Positions 11,819 to 25,298 of a DNA stretch of 64,000 nt are shown here, piece after piece; the stretch's first letter is position 1; each line of letters opens with the position of its first letter. The position numbers and the translations under genes are program-made. The notes under the pieces are model-generated. The model did not search any database and was not told the DNA's origin. It was given only the letters and a program-made list of their open reading frames with translations. The stretch is from Octopus vulgaris. Taxonomy: Eukaryota. The stretch is taken from contig OX597831.1 in the NCBI GenBank assembly GCA_951406725.2, positions 26,660,001-26,724,000 on the forward strand, in the 5' to 3' direction.

Positions 11819-11983
11819 CTTTATTAAAAAGCAACAAAAATATCACAAAAACTGCTAATCAGAGTTTCACATCCCAATTCGTTGGACAGTTTTGTTTAGA
11901 GTCTAAACAAAACTGTCTGATGAAGGGGAACGTGAAACTCTAATTAGCAGTTTTTGTGATATTTTTGCTGCTTTTTAATAAAG
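11819..11983. repeat. Fold-back inverted repeat with hammerhead core in right arm
   Basis: Symmetry centre near 11900 (TTTAGAGTCTAAA); AAAACTGT-CTGATGA-AGGGGAACGT-GAAAC at 11909-11938; same family as 7399-7561. Confidence 0.8.
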
Positions 11984-12599
11984 TATAAAAATATATATGC
12001 ATGTATAGGCGTAGGAATGGCTGTGTGGTAAGTAGCTTGCTTACGAACCACATGGTTCAGGGTTCAGTCCCACTGCGTGGCACCTTGGGCAACTGTCTTC
12101 TACTACAGCCTCGGGCCAACCAAAGCCTTGTGAGTGGATTTGGTAGACGGAAACTGAAAGAAGCCCATTGTATATATGTATATATATATATGCATGTGTG
12201 TGTGTATATGTTTGTGTCTGTGTTTATCCTACCAACATCGCTTGACAACCAATGCTGGTGTGTTTACGTCCCTGACACTTAGCGGTTTGGCAAAAGAGAC
12301 CGATAGAATAAGTACTAGGCTTACAAAGAATAAGTCCTGGGATCGATTTGCTCGACTAAAGGCGGTGCTCCTGCATGACCACAGTCAAATGACTGAAACA
12401 AGTAAAAGAGTAAAGAGAGTATGTATATAAGGTTAAAGAGTCAGCTTCAGAAAAGCTGTCATGAGAACCTTAGTGAAGGTATAAAAAACTGCAAGTGTGT
12501 TAAACTAAACAACCTGTGTTAAGATGTGTTTAACTAAACAACCTGAAAATCAGAACACAGTTTATACAGATGATGCGAAGCATTCTTCTTAAGCACAAC

Positions 12600-14270
12600 A
12601 TTCCAAAAGAATCTATATTGAGCTTATCCTCATGAACCACCAAACAGGATTCCAATAAAGTAAATACTGTGCTCAAAGAATAATTGTTTTGAGAAGAATC
12701 ACAGAAGAGTTCAAAGACAAACAACTTCCAATAGATTTTATGTTTTATTGACTTCAAGGAAGGCATTCGTTTTATAAATAATGATTAAAAGCTTGCAGTG
12801 CAATGATACTATGAAATTCTTTAGATCATACTTAATGCCTTTAAAACTGTCTGCCATCATTTATTAATTGCTATAGTAATGAATGATATCTTGAAATCCT
12901 TTAAGGTGGTGAGCTGGCAGAATCGCTATTGTGTTAAGGCGGCGAGCTGGCTGAAACGTTAGCACGCCGGGCGAAATGCTTAGCGGTATTTCATCTGCCG
13001 TTACGTTCTGAGTTCAAATTCCCCCGAGGTCAACTTTGCCTTTCATCCTTTCGGGGTCGATAAATTAAGTATTAGTGGGATCAGTGTAATTGACTTAATC
13101 CGTTTGTCTGTCCTTGTTTGTCCCCTCTATGTTTAGCCCCTTGTGGGCAATAAAGAAATAAGAAGTGTTAGCACTCCGGGTGAAATGCTTAACTGTATTT
13201 CATCTGTCTTTACATTCTGAGCTCAAATTCCACCAAAGTCAACTTTGCCTTTTGTCCTTTTTGGGTCGATAAATTAAATACCTATTTCTTTACTACCCAC
13301 AAGAGGCTACACACAGAGGGGACAAACAAGGACAGACAAACGGATTAGGTCGATTACGTCAACCCCAGTGCATAACTGGTACTTAATTTATCGACCCCGA
13401 AAGGATGAAAGGCAAAGTCGACCTCGGCGGATTTGAACTCAGAACGTAACGGCAGACGAAATACTACAAAGCATTTCACCTGGCGTGCTAACGTTTTTGC
13501 CAGCTCGCCGCCTCGATAAATTAAATACCAGTTCTGTACTGGGGTCAGTCTAATCAACTGCCCTCCCCACCAACCCATCCTCAAATATATCGGACCTTGT
13601 GCCTAGAGTAGAAAAGAATCGTTATTGCATTAGACAAAATGCTTGTGGCATTTCTCCAAACTGTACATGATGAATTTAAATGCTGCTGAGATCGACTTTG
13701 CTTTTCATCCCTTCAGGGTCAATAAAATAAGTACCAGTTGATCCCTGGGGGGGGGGGGGGTCAATATAATCAACTTATCCCATCTCCGGAAATTACTGGC
13801 CTTGTACCAAAATTTGAATGCAATATCTTGAAGGATCTTCAACACCACTACCAGTGTCCTTCATCAGCATCATCATTTTTGTTCACTTGTAGGCCAGAGA
13901 CAGTCACAAACATAATCTTAATCCTTTTGCTCCATTTCGCTTCCTCGTAACCATTGACTAATTCTTGGAGCAAACAGTGGATAGTTCAGACTTTGGCTTT
14001 ATCATCCCATCCAAGGCTGTCGTAACAACATCCAGAAATACACCCAGACGATGCCGAGTTTAACCATGGCATCAGTCTTCTAGAGTCAACAGGAGAATGT
14101 GTTCATTCATTAGCAAGAACTACTTCCACAGTAAAAGACCTTGGCCTTATTATTGTTAATGGTGTCAAGACAGAACGTTTCCATCAACCGTAAATCCAAT
14201 ATTTTTCTGGGAGTTTATAGCAAAAAAAAATAGAAAAGATCAATGAATTCCAATATTTGGGATCTCGACT
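12600..14270 (+). pseudogene. Old RTE-like reverse transcriptase relic interrupted by SINE B cluster
   Basis: QTGFQ..IIVLRRITEE..DFK near 12645-12770; IEKINEFQYLGS near 14230-14265. Confidence 0.5.
13283..13512 (-). mobile_element. Full-length SINE family B nested antisense in another B copy
   Basis: 17-bp TSD TCGATAAATTAAATACC at 13266-13282 and 13513-13529; head GGCGGCGAGCTGGC, B-box GAGTTCAAAT, tail ..CTTGTGGGTAGTAAAGAAATA. Confidence 0.92.
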
Positions 14271-14522
14271 GTTAATTAGTGAAAGAGTGAGCCTGGTGCA
14301 CATTCTGGGAACTGGGACGAATTTGATGAATTTTCTTCATAATCAATATAATGTTTAAAATATTCAATACTATGAGACTAGTAATTCTTCCTTGCGTTGG
14401 ATGGGAGTGTGATATGGGTATGTTGAAAGAATATGGAGAATGACAGCGACTCATTGAGAACATGGTATTGAAGAATAATGTTTGGTATATCACTTACAAG
14501 TATAAACTTGCTTGAATATGAT

Positions 14523-14553
<31 letters not shown>

Positions 14554-14566
14554 CATTTATATCATA

Positions 14567-14630
14567 TCTTTGCTGAACCCTTTTATTAAGTATATATATA
14601 TATATACTTAATAAAAGGGTTCAGCCAAGA
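14567..14630. repeat. Short palindrome centred on (TA)n
   Basis: GCTGAACCCTTTTATTAAG-(TA)n-CTTAATAAAAGGGTTCAGC; related sequence inverted again at ~14917-14980. Confidence 0.85.
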
Positions 14631-14724
14631 TTTGCTTCACCACACATTGAAGTTTAGAAATAGCAGCCAAAAATCTTAGCTATTTCTTCTACTTTAAAAA
14701 GGGACTCCTAGAGAAACCAAAATA

Positions 14725-14765
<41 letters not shown>

Positions 14766-15189
14766 TATATATCATTTGTATAATTCTAATCCAGAAACGT
14801 GTCCATAATTAATCGAAGACTGTTTGATTTCGTTATTTTTTCTCCTTTTTGCTTATGTGAGTTACAAATATTGTTATCTGTGGAGTCATATCTGTAGCAA
14901 AAAGGAATGAGCTGTCTTTGGCTGCTATTTCTAAATTTTCGGTATGTGGTGAAGCAGCTTGTTGCTTAACCCTTAATTATATATATATATAGATAGATAG
15001 ATACATATAGATAGATACATACATACATACATACATAATTACATACATACATATATATACACAGACAGATAGATAGATAGAACTAGATTTAACTTGTATA
15101 TATGTGTGAACATTTGTATATGCACTGTGGATTACATTGTGTACTTATGGTATATATAAATGTTTATAACCATGTACTTTCAGTTATGT

Positions 15190-15243
15190 CATACTAAGGA
15201 CGGTAAAGTGGTATTACATCCCTAAACCAGAAATCGATCTATG
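15190..15243 (+). ncRNA. Decayed minimal hammerhead motif
   Basis: CATA-CTAAGGA-(stem II)-GAAA-TCGA-TC-TATG; palindromic stem III, core has G5-to-A change. Confidence 0.5.
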
Positions 15244-15778
15244 CCTAAACTTTCTAAAAATTCTTTTTTGTTCATTCCCTTGCTTTCAGCCCGTGTCTCT
15301 GTGATTGATAAGCTAGTTTTAGAGTCATTTGGCATCTTCTTCTAGCATGTGGCATTACTCACTAGTTGCCCTTATTTTAATTTTATAATTATATTTATAA
15401 AATTAAATACTTTGTATTAATCTTTGCCTAAATTCATTGTGACTGTGTGGTAAGTAGCTTGCTTTCCAACCACATGGTTCCGGGTTCATTCCCACTGCGT
15501 GGCATCTTGGGCAAATGTCTTCTACTATAGCCTCAGGCCAACCAAAGCCTTGTGAGTGGATTTGGTAGACAGAAACTGAAAGAAGTCCGTCATCGTATAT
15601 ATGCATATATATATGTGTGTGTGTAGTCTGTGTTTGTCCCCATAACTTAGCAGTGTGGCAAAAGAGACCGATAGAATAAGTACTAGGCTTCCAAAGAATA
15701 AGTCTGGGGGTCAGTTTGCTCGACTAAAGGCAGTGATCCAGCATGGCCACAGTCAAATGACTGAAACAAGTAAAAGAG

Positions 15779-15850
<72 letters not shown>

Positions 15851-16347
15851 TATGTGTTTTATTTATTATTTTTCACATTTCTTAATCATCGTTATATGCT
15901 TTATCTTATATTTAATCTTTCTATATGTAATTTTTCTAAATGGTATAATTTAATTTTTCATTATTGAATTGGTAAAAGATGTTTTTTTTCTAACTTTTAT
16001 ATATATATATAATATAATATATACATAGCTGTATGGGTATACAGCACTGTCCCAGATATGTAAGCAGTACTTTAATGATCTCATCTACAATAGGCACAAG
16101 GCCAGCAATTTTGGCGGGACGAGAATAGTCGATTACATCAACACCAGTACTTGACTGGTACTTATTTCATTGACCCCTGAAAGAAAATATTTGACCGTGA
16201 CAGAATTTGAACTCAGTACATAAAGATTGATGAAATACTGTTAAGCATTTTGTTCAGTCAATTTGTCACCTTAAGCAATACTGTAATGGTGATATCAACA
16301 GACAAACATTAGCAGTTAAGGTTGAAGAGGATCCTTTATCTTTGAGA

Positions 16348-16396
<49 letters not shown>

Positions 16397-17093
16397 TGAA
16401 ATGTTAGCATGCCAGGCGAAATGATTCGCGGCATTTCGTCTGCCGCTATGTTCTGGGTTCAAATTCCGCTGAGGTTGACTTTACATTTCATCCCTAAATT
16501 AAGTATCAGTTGCGTTCTGGGATCGATCTAATCGATTGACACCCTGGGATTGAAATCAAAACAGCAGAGTAGTGAAGTAGACTCCATCCTCACACAACAA
16601 CGCCTTTGTTAACAAGTGACAGCAAAATGCCTAACAGTATTTACGTTTTGTTTACGTTCTGGGACCTGCTACAGGTGAATTCATAGATATTCATAGTGGG
16701 GTCAATAAAATATGTCGGCCCTTGTGCCTAGAGTAGAAAAGAAATTTTTTTTTTTTTTTTTTTTTTTTGTTACCTTGTGAGGGAACAGCAAGAAATCATT
16801 GGAAATTGTGAAACCTAATATTTGGAGTCACAAAGTTTTTTATTTTCCTTTGAATGATTTCGAAATTAACACAAGAGGTTGACAAAATTGACGAAATTGA
16901 CAAAAATTTTGAAATTGACAAAATTGACAATGCCACCCTCTGTGCCTCCAAGGCTGGTAGAAAAAAGAGAGGAAGATATTTCTGAAACAGAAACAAGTCC
17001 TGAATGCTCACAATGCAGTGGGCTCCACTAAGGAGCACCCAAGGATCAATGGTTGGGGTGGCAGTGCAGGATTAAATTAGGTGATGGATTTAA

Positions 17094-17313
17094 CCCTTTC
17101 GTTACTGTATTTATTTTGAGATGCTTTGTGTTTCTTTCAGTTACTTTAAATATGACAAAGCATTTAGTAAAATAACTTCGTTATCATTCAGCTAGTGTTA
17201 GGAACATAAATTGTGACTAAAGTTTGATGGAAGATTTTAATTCAAAACTTATGAAAACAAGATGTTTGTACTCAGGGCCAGAGCTGGTTTCAGCTGGGTT
17301 GGTAACGAAAGGG
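17094..17313. mobile_element. piggyBac-type MITE
   Basis: TTAA-CCCTTTCGTTAC ... GTAACGAAAGGG-TTAA: 12-bp perfect TIR and TTAA TSD. Confidence 0.92.
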
Positions 17314-19611
17314 TTAAGTCCATCACTCAACAATAACATGAGTTTCATCCCAACAAGATTCCAAACGTTTTCCTTCTGCCAAATTTCAAACACAAAATTG
17401 GGCTGGTGCAAAGCTATTGCGGAAACCACTGGCCCAAGGTATCACCCAGTGGTATTGAACCCAAAACCACATAATTACAAAGTTGTTGCGTTACACGACA
17501 AGTCTGTTTCTATGCTACTTTGTTATCCATTGTGCCTGTTTCAGTAGACTAGGTAGCTGTTTCTGATTGGAGGATATTTAAAAAATTGAAATTGATTTAA
17601 TTTATTAAGTCGTATAACGAAGAGAATTACATCACATCTATGTCACTGCGATGACATTAAGGAAATAATGAGATGGACATCGTTATTGTTAAGGTCACCA
17701 TATAAAGAAGTGGGAAGAGGAGTTGATGGTATAAGGTGTCAACTTTGATTGCTGGGATTAATTAACCTGGTGTAATTAAAACACAAGGTTACAATGACAC
17801 TGGGAGTCTTGTTGATTGCTCATAATATGTTGATGGAGACAGGATCACTTATCTTCTCTCAATTTTACATAATTAATGACAAAAAAATAAATAGCATGCC
17901 AATGAGGTTAATGAAGGATAACGAGATGTTTAGTGTAATAATTTACTTAAATGAAAGTCAAATGTTTATTTGTTGGAATTTCATATAGTCTTTCATGTAT
18001 TAATGAGATTCCAGTCTAAGATTTGAATTTGGATTTGAACAACATTTTAATAAAATTGGTTTCTATCAGGATAGTTTTGAAAGGGTTAATTTATTAAAAG
18101 TTAATTTAACATTAATATAATTAGTTTTAAAATAGGGAAAGAAATAAAAAAAATTTAGAGCTGTAATAATCCCATCAAAATCATCTCTCTTTCTGTCATA
18201 CACCCACACAAACACAAACATGCATACATATGTATGTATGTATATACACACATACACACGTGAGCACACACACACACACACACATACACTTGTCTGATAG
18301 TCGAAAGACCCTGTGTGTTTTGTTTTATTCTTGGGGGTAATTGTATAATTATTTTCCTTTTGTTGTTGTATAACACATATATATAATATATATAACCGTA
18401 GTCTGACCGGCATCTCTCCTCGTGTTTCTTGGAACTTATATCCACATCTTTATGAGTCGATTTATCTTCTCTGGGATGTCAATAATTAATTTAAAAACTT
18501 CGTATTATTGGAAAACATATATAGTCTGCTTGGAATCTTACTTCAAATTCATGGAACTCACTCCTATAACTTCATAAGGATATTTACACTCTCTAAGATG
18601 TTTGGAAAACCTATATGAAATTTAGCTGAAGAATACTTGACACTATATTTGCTGTAATATTTGCAGCTTGAAATAAAATGTTTATAGTATGAAACAATTG
18701 TACTAAACTACTGATCCATTCTTGTTGCTTTCTTCTTGGTTATATATAATATATATATATATATATTGTGAAGGTGCATGGCTTGGTGGTTAAGTTATTT
18801 AGTTCACAATCATGAAGTCATGAGGTCGATTCCCGGCGGCGCGTTGTGTCCTTGAGCAAGACACTTTATTTCACATTATTCCAGTGCACTCAGCTGGCAA
18901 AGTGAATTGTACATGTAATTCAAAGTCCGACCTTGTCACATTCTGTGTCATACACTTGAAGGCAGCGTGCTGGCAGAAACATTAGTGCACTGGGGGAAAT
19001 GCTTAGTGGCTGTGTGGTAAGTAGCTTGCTTACCAACCACATGGTTCTGGGTTCAGTCCCACTGCGTGGCACCTTGGGCAAGTATCTTCTACTATATCCT
19101 TGGGCTGACCAAAGCCTTGTGAGTGGATTTGGTAGACGGAAACTGAAAGAAGCCCATCGTATATATACATGTGTGTGTGTGTCTGTGTTTGTCCCCCCAA
19201 CATCGCTTGACAACCGATGTTGGTGTGTTTACGTCCCCGTAACTTAGTGGTTTGGCAAAAGAGACTGATATAATAAGTACTAGGCTTACAAAGAATAAGT
19301 CCTGGGGTCGATTTGTTTGACTAAAGGTGGTGCTCCAGCATGGCCACAGTCAAATGACTGAAACAAGTAAAAAGAGTGTCTTTACATTCTGAGTTCAAAT
19401 TCCACTGAGATCTTTCATCCTTTCGAGGTCGATAAATTAAGTACCAGTTGCGTACTGGAGCCAATCTTATTGACTGGCCCCTATCCCCCAAAATTCCGGG
19501 CCTTGTGCCTCCTGTAGAAAAGATTTTGTTTTATACACTAGGTTCACATGTTTTTGTGTAATTATACATATATTTCTCACCCCCACCTCTTTCTCTCTCT
19601 CTCTCTCACTC

Positions 19612-19683
<72 letters not shown>

Positions 19684-20049
19684 TATAAATATATGTGTAT
19701 GTACACACACACAAATACAGGTATAGCCGTATGGTTAAAAAGTTTGCCTCCCAACCACTTGGTTTTGGGTTCAGTCCCACTGCATGGCATCTTGAGCTGA
19801 CCTAAGCTTTGTGAATGGATTTGGAAACTGAAAGAAGTCATTCACATTTTGTATGTGAATTTACGTATGGTTTTTGTGGATGTTTCTCTTTGCTCCTTTG
19901 TTTTAACATTGCACAATAGTTGTAAACGTGCGCCACTGTCATATAAGGCTGGTGGTGTGGTGTCCTTTATTTCCGATCTTCCAGGAAAGGAATATCCAGT
20001 GAGGGTAGGTCACAGGAAGGACATGATGATGTCAACAGCAACAATGAGT

Positions 20050-20540
20050 GGAGGCGCAATGGCCCAGTGGTTAGGGCAGCAGACTCGCGGTCGTAAGAAT
20101 GCAGTTTCGATTCCTGGCCCGGGCATTGTGAGTGTTTATTGAGCAAAAACACCTGAGCTCCACGAGGCTCCAGCGGGGTGTAGTGGTGAACCCCACTGTA
20201 CTCTTTCACCACAGCTTTCTCTCACTCTTTCTTCCTACTTCTGCCACAAAGCAGAGGAACCATAGTGTAACCCACTATAGTGTGGTAAACTTTCAGACCC
20301 TAGTCTAGATTGCGAATCCTCTGTACCCCAGGATGGTTCAGCTCTCCACCCGTTAAAAGTCACCGTTTACGGAATGAGGATAACTATGTAGCTTTCATGC
20401 CCATGCAACCACCAGTCTATCGCATGTGGTGGGTGGATCTTCAAGTTGCTGCATGCATTCTTAGTAGCTTAGAGTAGGCTCGAATTAGAGATTACTCTTT
20501 GTGGCTAATGGCGTGAGTCCTGATTGGAAGAAGAAAAAGA
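20050..20540 (+). mobile_element. SINE family C (head GGAGGCGCAATGGCCCAGTGGTTAGGGCAGC)
   Basis: tRNA-like head with GTTTCGATTCC B-box; related copies 27433-27745, 28915-29207, 37830-37975, 50040-50336 with different tails. Confidence 0.8.
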
Positions 20541-21438
20541 CAACAATGATAATGATGATGATGACAATGATGAGAAAATTGGTTATCGTGTTGGGGGAGG
20601 AAGTGTCATATGGATGGAGGAGGTTGCATTTAATGGAATTATTTTATACATTTTTTTTTTTTTTTTACAAAAATTAGGCAAAGGAGGATAGTTATCAGTT
20701 ATCAGTCATTTGTCATCAGTCACAATCTTCGAACCTGAATGCTTACAGTAGAGCAGATTCCACTATTGGCACCCAAGGGACCAAATAGGGGTGTTAAACA
20801 GGGTGGCTGATTTAAGTTCATCTGTCAGCAACAGGAACAAATCGCTCTAAAAGGGATTTCATACAGTTTCTCTTTAGCAAATTTCACTGATAAGATTTTG
20901 GGTATAGAAGAAAAAAAAAATTGCTTGGGGTACCTCAAACTGTGATTGAAATCCAAACAACGGAGTAGTGAAGTAGACTCCTTCCCCACACAACAACGCC
21001 TTTGTTAACAAGCAACAGCAAAATGTCTAACAGTGTTTATGTTTTGTTTACGTTCTGGGACCTGCTACAGGTGAATTAGATATTCGTCATTGTGGGTAAG
21101 GTCAAAAAAAATTGCAAAGGTTCTGTTGTTCTTCTGTGACCCCATTGACCTTAAATAACCTCTGGGTCACTTTTAGAAGTCGTTATATAATTCAAGGGTT
21201 CTCTGATACAATAGGAATTTAGTTACATCTCTTTTTGCTTTGAGACTTCACCATCCAACCACATAGGAGGACACTAGGGTCAATGAAATAATTTTTATCA
21301 ATAGCAAAACCTAAAATCGATCTATTGGTTTTAGCCAAACACATTTTCCATAAATATTTCAAAAGTGAGAAATATATTCACTGCTTTTTTACATTATTTA
21401 CATTTGACGGATATTTGTCCTCATTTTGTTTGTTGTTA

Positions 21439-21482
21439 ACACAACGTTTCGGCTGATATACCCTCCAGCATTCATCAGGTGT
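21439..21482 (-). ncRNA. Minimal type I hammerhead ribozyme motif, canonical core
   Basis: Minus strand ACAC-CTGATGA-ATGCTGGAGGGTATATCAGCC-GAAAC-GTT-GTGT. Confidence 0.75.
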
Positions 21483-22129
21483 CTTGAGGAAATTTCGAAC
21501 CTGGGCTCTCATTTCCAAGGTATTTTTCGATGTTATTATTATTATTATTATTATTATTCAGGTCACTGCCCGGAATCGAACTCGGAGTCTTGGGGTTAGT
21601 AAACCGCGCTCTTAACCACTATGCCATATGCCGTGTTTATCGTTAAATCTATCCTCATTGATGATAGATTCATAATATTTTCACAGCTGTGACTATAACG
21701 TTGTCTATTTAAGAATAACGTACCTTGGACTACATTAACCAAAGTGCCCTTACATATTTCTAACAGCAAAGTATGGTTTGACACATATTTGGCGACCATG
21801 TCTCGCATTTTGAAAGGTTTCATAGAAGCACCCACGCGAATTCGCTAAAATGAAACATTTACGTACAAAGGGAAATAACTAACAATCGAGTTATCTCCCG
21901 TCCAACACACATTTCTATTATGGGTTACATTTTGGTTTTCAAGTCTTGGCAGAATTGACAAAACGTCTGAGAAATTCCTGTAGGATTTCCTTATGGGTAT
22001 TTATGTTCTGATTTCAAATGTCACCGAAGTCAACTGTGATTTTTATCCTTCTGGGAAAGATAAATAAACAAAAAAATTATTACTGAGGTCAAAATAATCG
22101 AATGTACATTGTTCAGCGTTATAGCACAT

Positions 22130-22492
22130 GCGGCGAGCTGGCAGAAACGTTAGCACGCCGGGCGAAATTCGTAGCCGTAATTCGTCTGCCGTTGTGAGTT
22201 CGAATTCCGTCGAGGTTGACTTTGCCTTTTATCCTTTCGGAGTCGATATATTAAGTACCTATTTCTTTATTACCCACAAGGGGCTAAACACAGAGGGGAC
22301 AAACAAAGACAGACATAGGTATTAAGTCGATTACATCGACCCCAGTGCGTAGCTGGTAACTTAATTTATCGACCCCGAAAGGATGAAAGGCAAAGTCGAC
22401 CTCGGCGGAATTTGAACTCACAACGTAACGCCGACGAAATACCGCTAAGCATTTCGCCCGGTGTGTTAACGTTTCTGCCAGCTCGCCGCCTT
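22130..22492. mobile_element. Two SINE B copies tail-to-body in opposite orientation
   Basis: Plus copy 22130-22259 interrupted at TAAGTACC by full-length minus copy 22260-22492. Confidence 0.85.
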
Positions 22493-23047
22493 AAGAAGAG
22501 TTATGTATCATCCTCTTCACTCTCTCAAATATGATCCTCTTCAATCCAGTGGCAAAACCAGGTCAAGATGACCAGGGATTGTAAGATGGATGAAGTGGAT
22601 GACCAAGATGTCTTACTTGGATCACCTTGCTCTTTAGGGTTAGGGTTAGGGGGGAGGTTTAGGGTTAGTTACAGGATGTTGTTTCAGTTTTAGACGCAGC
22701 AAATGATTTTAGCTCAAAAGAGAGCATAGGATTATTTCCAGAGTTACTCTAACCCGAAGTAGAAGCACCAGCCAGGGTCCCAGCAAATGGGTTATTTAGC
22801 AAACCAGTCAGTCAGATGATGTTCGATAGCCGGGGGAAGGGGGTGGCCATCAAGGAGAAGGAAAACCCGGATTCCAAACCTCCGCTGTCTTACGATCTTA
22901 TCCATGGGAAAGTTTTGGGAGTAAACTCAGAGGAACAATCGAGAGTCGGAGCCCTTTATTGTCTATAGTCTAGATGCGGCAGCTTCTGCGACAGCGCTGG
23001 TACAAATTTTGCTGCATCGCTGGCTATATTCCGATATAAATAAAACC

Positions 23048-23221
23048 AACAGTGGTCCCGGTGCGCGCATCCGCGTTAGCTAGTCGTGACTAGTCGATCT
23101 TACAACGACTACCTAGCAAAGTAAATAAAACACAAAATAAGTTTTTTACTCAAAGTAAATAAAACAAAAACTCAAAGTAAGGATCGACTAGCTAGCGAGT
23201 GCGCGCACAGGGACCACTGTT
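23048..23221. mobile_element. MITE-like element with ~35-bp imperfect TIRs
   Basis: AACAGTGGTCCC.GTGCGCGCA..GCTAGTCG versus CGACTAGCTAGCGAGTGCGCGCAC.GGGACCACTGTT; no clear TSD. Confidence 0.7.
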
Positions 23222-24299
23222 CTTAAGTGGTACCGTTTGTTCTTTTGGCTCCGTCAGTTACGCGAAGAGTGGAGACACGCTGCTGGGGCAATCAACCTGC
23301 CTTCTTCACCAAACCGCTCGGACTTTGGTTCTTCATCGAACGCCATATGCAGGAGAGACTTACGAATACATCAGAAGAAAGACTGATCCATAGCCAAAAA
23401 CACTTCGCCTTAAACAACGCCGGGATAAATGAGGCTTGTGTGGAATGGAAAAGACTGCCATTCGCACATCGGGCAGTTCAGCCACAGACAACGCTGTTCC
23501 AATGGTGTCGTCCTTTGTGGGCGTTAATGATAACCAGAAGCCATAGTATGTCCGAACAAGCGGTTATCGAGTTTATGGGACAAGGGAAATAACCGGGCTT
23601 CCTTAGTTGCTGAGGGTTATTTCCCTTGCATTGTTCTTATGAAGATAAAATAGTTTCCTAGTGTTTGAATGTTTCGTAAACCTTCGTTTGCTCTTTATGG
23701 ACCAAACATTTTAACAAACGCGTTCCAGTCCTGCCTAACCGTCTTTATTTCATCATCTGTATCTAGTATTACATTATCCAATGTGTTCTTCCTTCATCCC
23801 GTTGTTGTTTGTAGACTGCAGATCAGCCCTAAACGATCAGATTGCTTAAAGTTGATCCAGACGTAACTCCAATTTTGTCTTCTATTCAAGACATTAACCA
23901 GTCCATCTTGGATGATAGCATCTGTGTTCTTCGTCTTTAAAGATACTAGGGTCCGATTCAAGCGAGATTTGGTTGCTATTTCTAGTTTATCCATTGACTA
24001 CAAAGAAATTTCCTCGCTGGCCCGTAATCGATTTGTATACATAGGCGCCGCAGCCGTGGCTGTGTGGTAAGAGGTTTGCTTCCCAACCACATGATTTCGG
24101 GTTCAGTCCCACTGCATGGCATCTTGGGCAACTGTCTTCTATTGCAGCTACGAGGCGACCAAAGCCTTGTGAGTGGATTTGGTAGATGGAAACTGAACGA
24201 AGCCCGTCGTATGTGTCTGTGTGTGTGTGTGTGTGCGTGTGTATAATGTATGCGCGATAATGCTTGTGTATATAATGTATGTGATAATGCGTGTTTTAT

Positions 24300-25005
24300 T
24301 TTATTTATTTATTTCTTATATTTTATCTAGTTTCAGCTCACGAGCTGTGGCCATACTGGGGCACCGCTATTTGGTGTTGCTACATAATTTTGCTTCACGA
24401 ATGCCTTTTAGGAATTGACATTTGGTGCATGAAGAGAGTTTGATGCAGCTGCCCTCATCTGCACCTCCTGCCGCGAGGCTGGTTCATCTGGGACACTTGA
24501 CAGGAAGAGGTCCAGCATTATTTCGAAGACACCTACATCCACCCCATGCAGGTCTCTCAGGTCCTTCGGAAGGTTATTGAAGAGCTGTGGACCTCTGAAT
24601 CCCAGGCTATTGTAGTATCTTGTCGTACATCTTGAGATGGCAAATTTGGAGTCCTTGGCACTATGCAGTGGCGCCCAGTTCTAGTATTTGTGTAACCCTC
24701 GATGCCAAAGTTTGGGACAAGTCCTTCCAGGATCTTCTAGATGTATATTATGGCATATGTTTCTCGCCTACGCTCTAAGCAATAGAGTCTTAATCTCTTG
24801 AGTCTTTCCCAATAGCTTATATGCTGCATAGATGCTATCTTCTTCGTGTAGCTTCGTTGGATTGCCTCAACTTCTGAGATTAATTTAACACTGGTTGGTG
24901 ACCATAGCTGAGAGCAATAGTCAAAGTGGCTTAGGACAAGTGTCCTCCAGAGGACCATCATGGTTTCCTGGTCTCTTGTTCGAAAAGTTCTAAGAATCCA
25001 TCCAT
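24300..25005 (-). pseudogene. CR1/L2-group LINE 3' fragment
   Basis: GWILRTFRTRD..LWRTLVLSHFDYCSQLWSP....EAIQRSYTKKI....YWERLKRLRLYCLERRR; 3' UTR stem-loop and A-rich tail. Confidence 0.88.
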
Positions 25006-25298
25006 CCGTGTGTATATAATTTGTGCATAATATTGTATGCGTATAAAACTGACGTGCATGTCACTGTTATTTAACCCCAGGTCAGCATAGATATAGTGGC
25101 CTATGATCAAAAGCGTTCCATTGGTGATTATCCATTCTTTCATTCAGCCAGTAATATCTAAGTCATCATTATATAACGTGTCCTTTATTTTTTAACATCA
25201 GTAAAGTGTAAGTTAAAAGAGAGATTTAGCTGCTATGTCTAGTAATTGGGGCGATCAAGTGCTTTACAGAAGACAATTTCATTAAATAATTTATTGAA

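Noticed and set aside
16860-16932. 9-bp AAATTGAC(A/G) tandem repeats
   Set aside because: Short slippage repeat with no further structure
22632-22670. TTAGGG telomere-like repeats
   Set aside because: Only about four imperfect units; insufficient for an interstitial telomere claim
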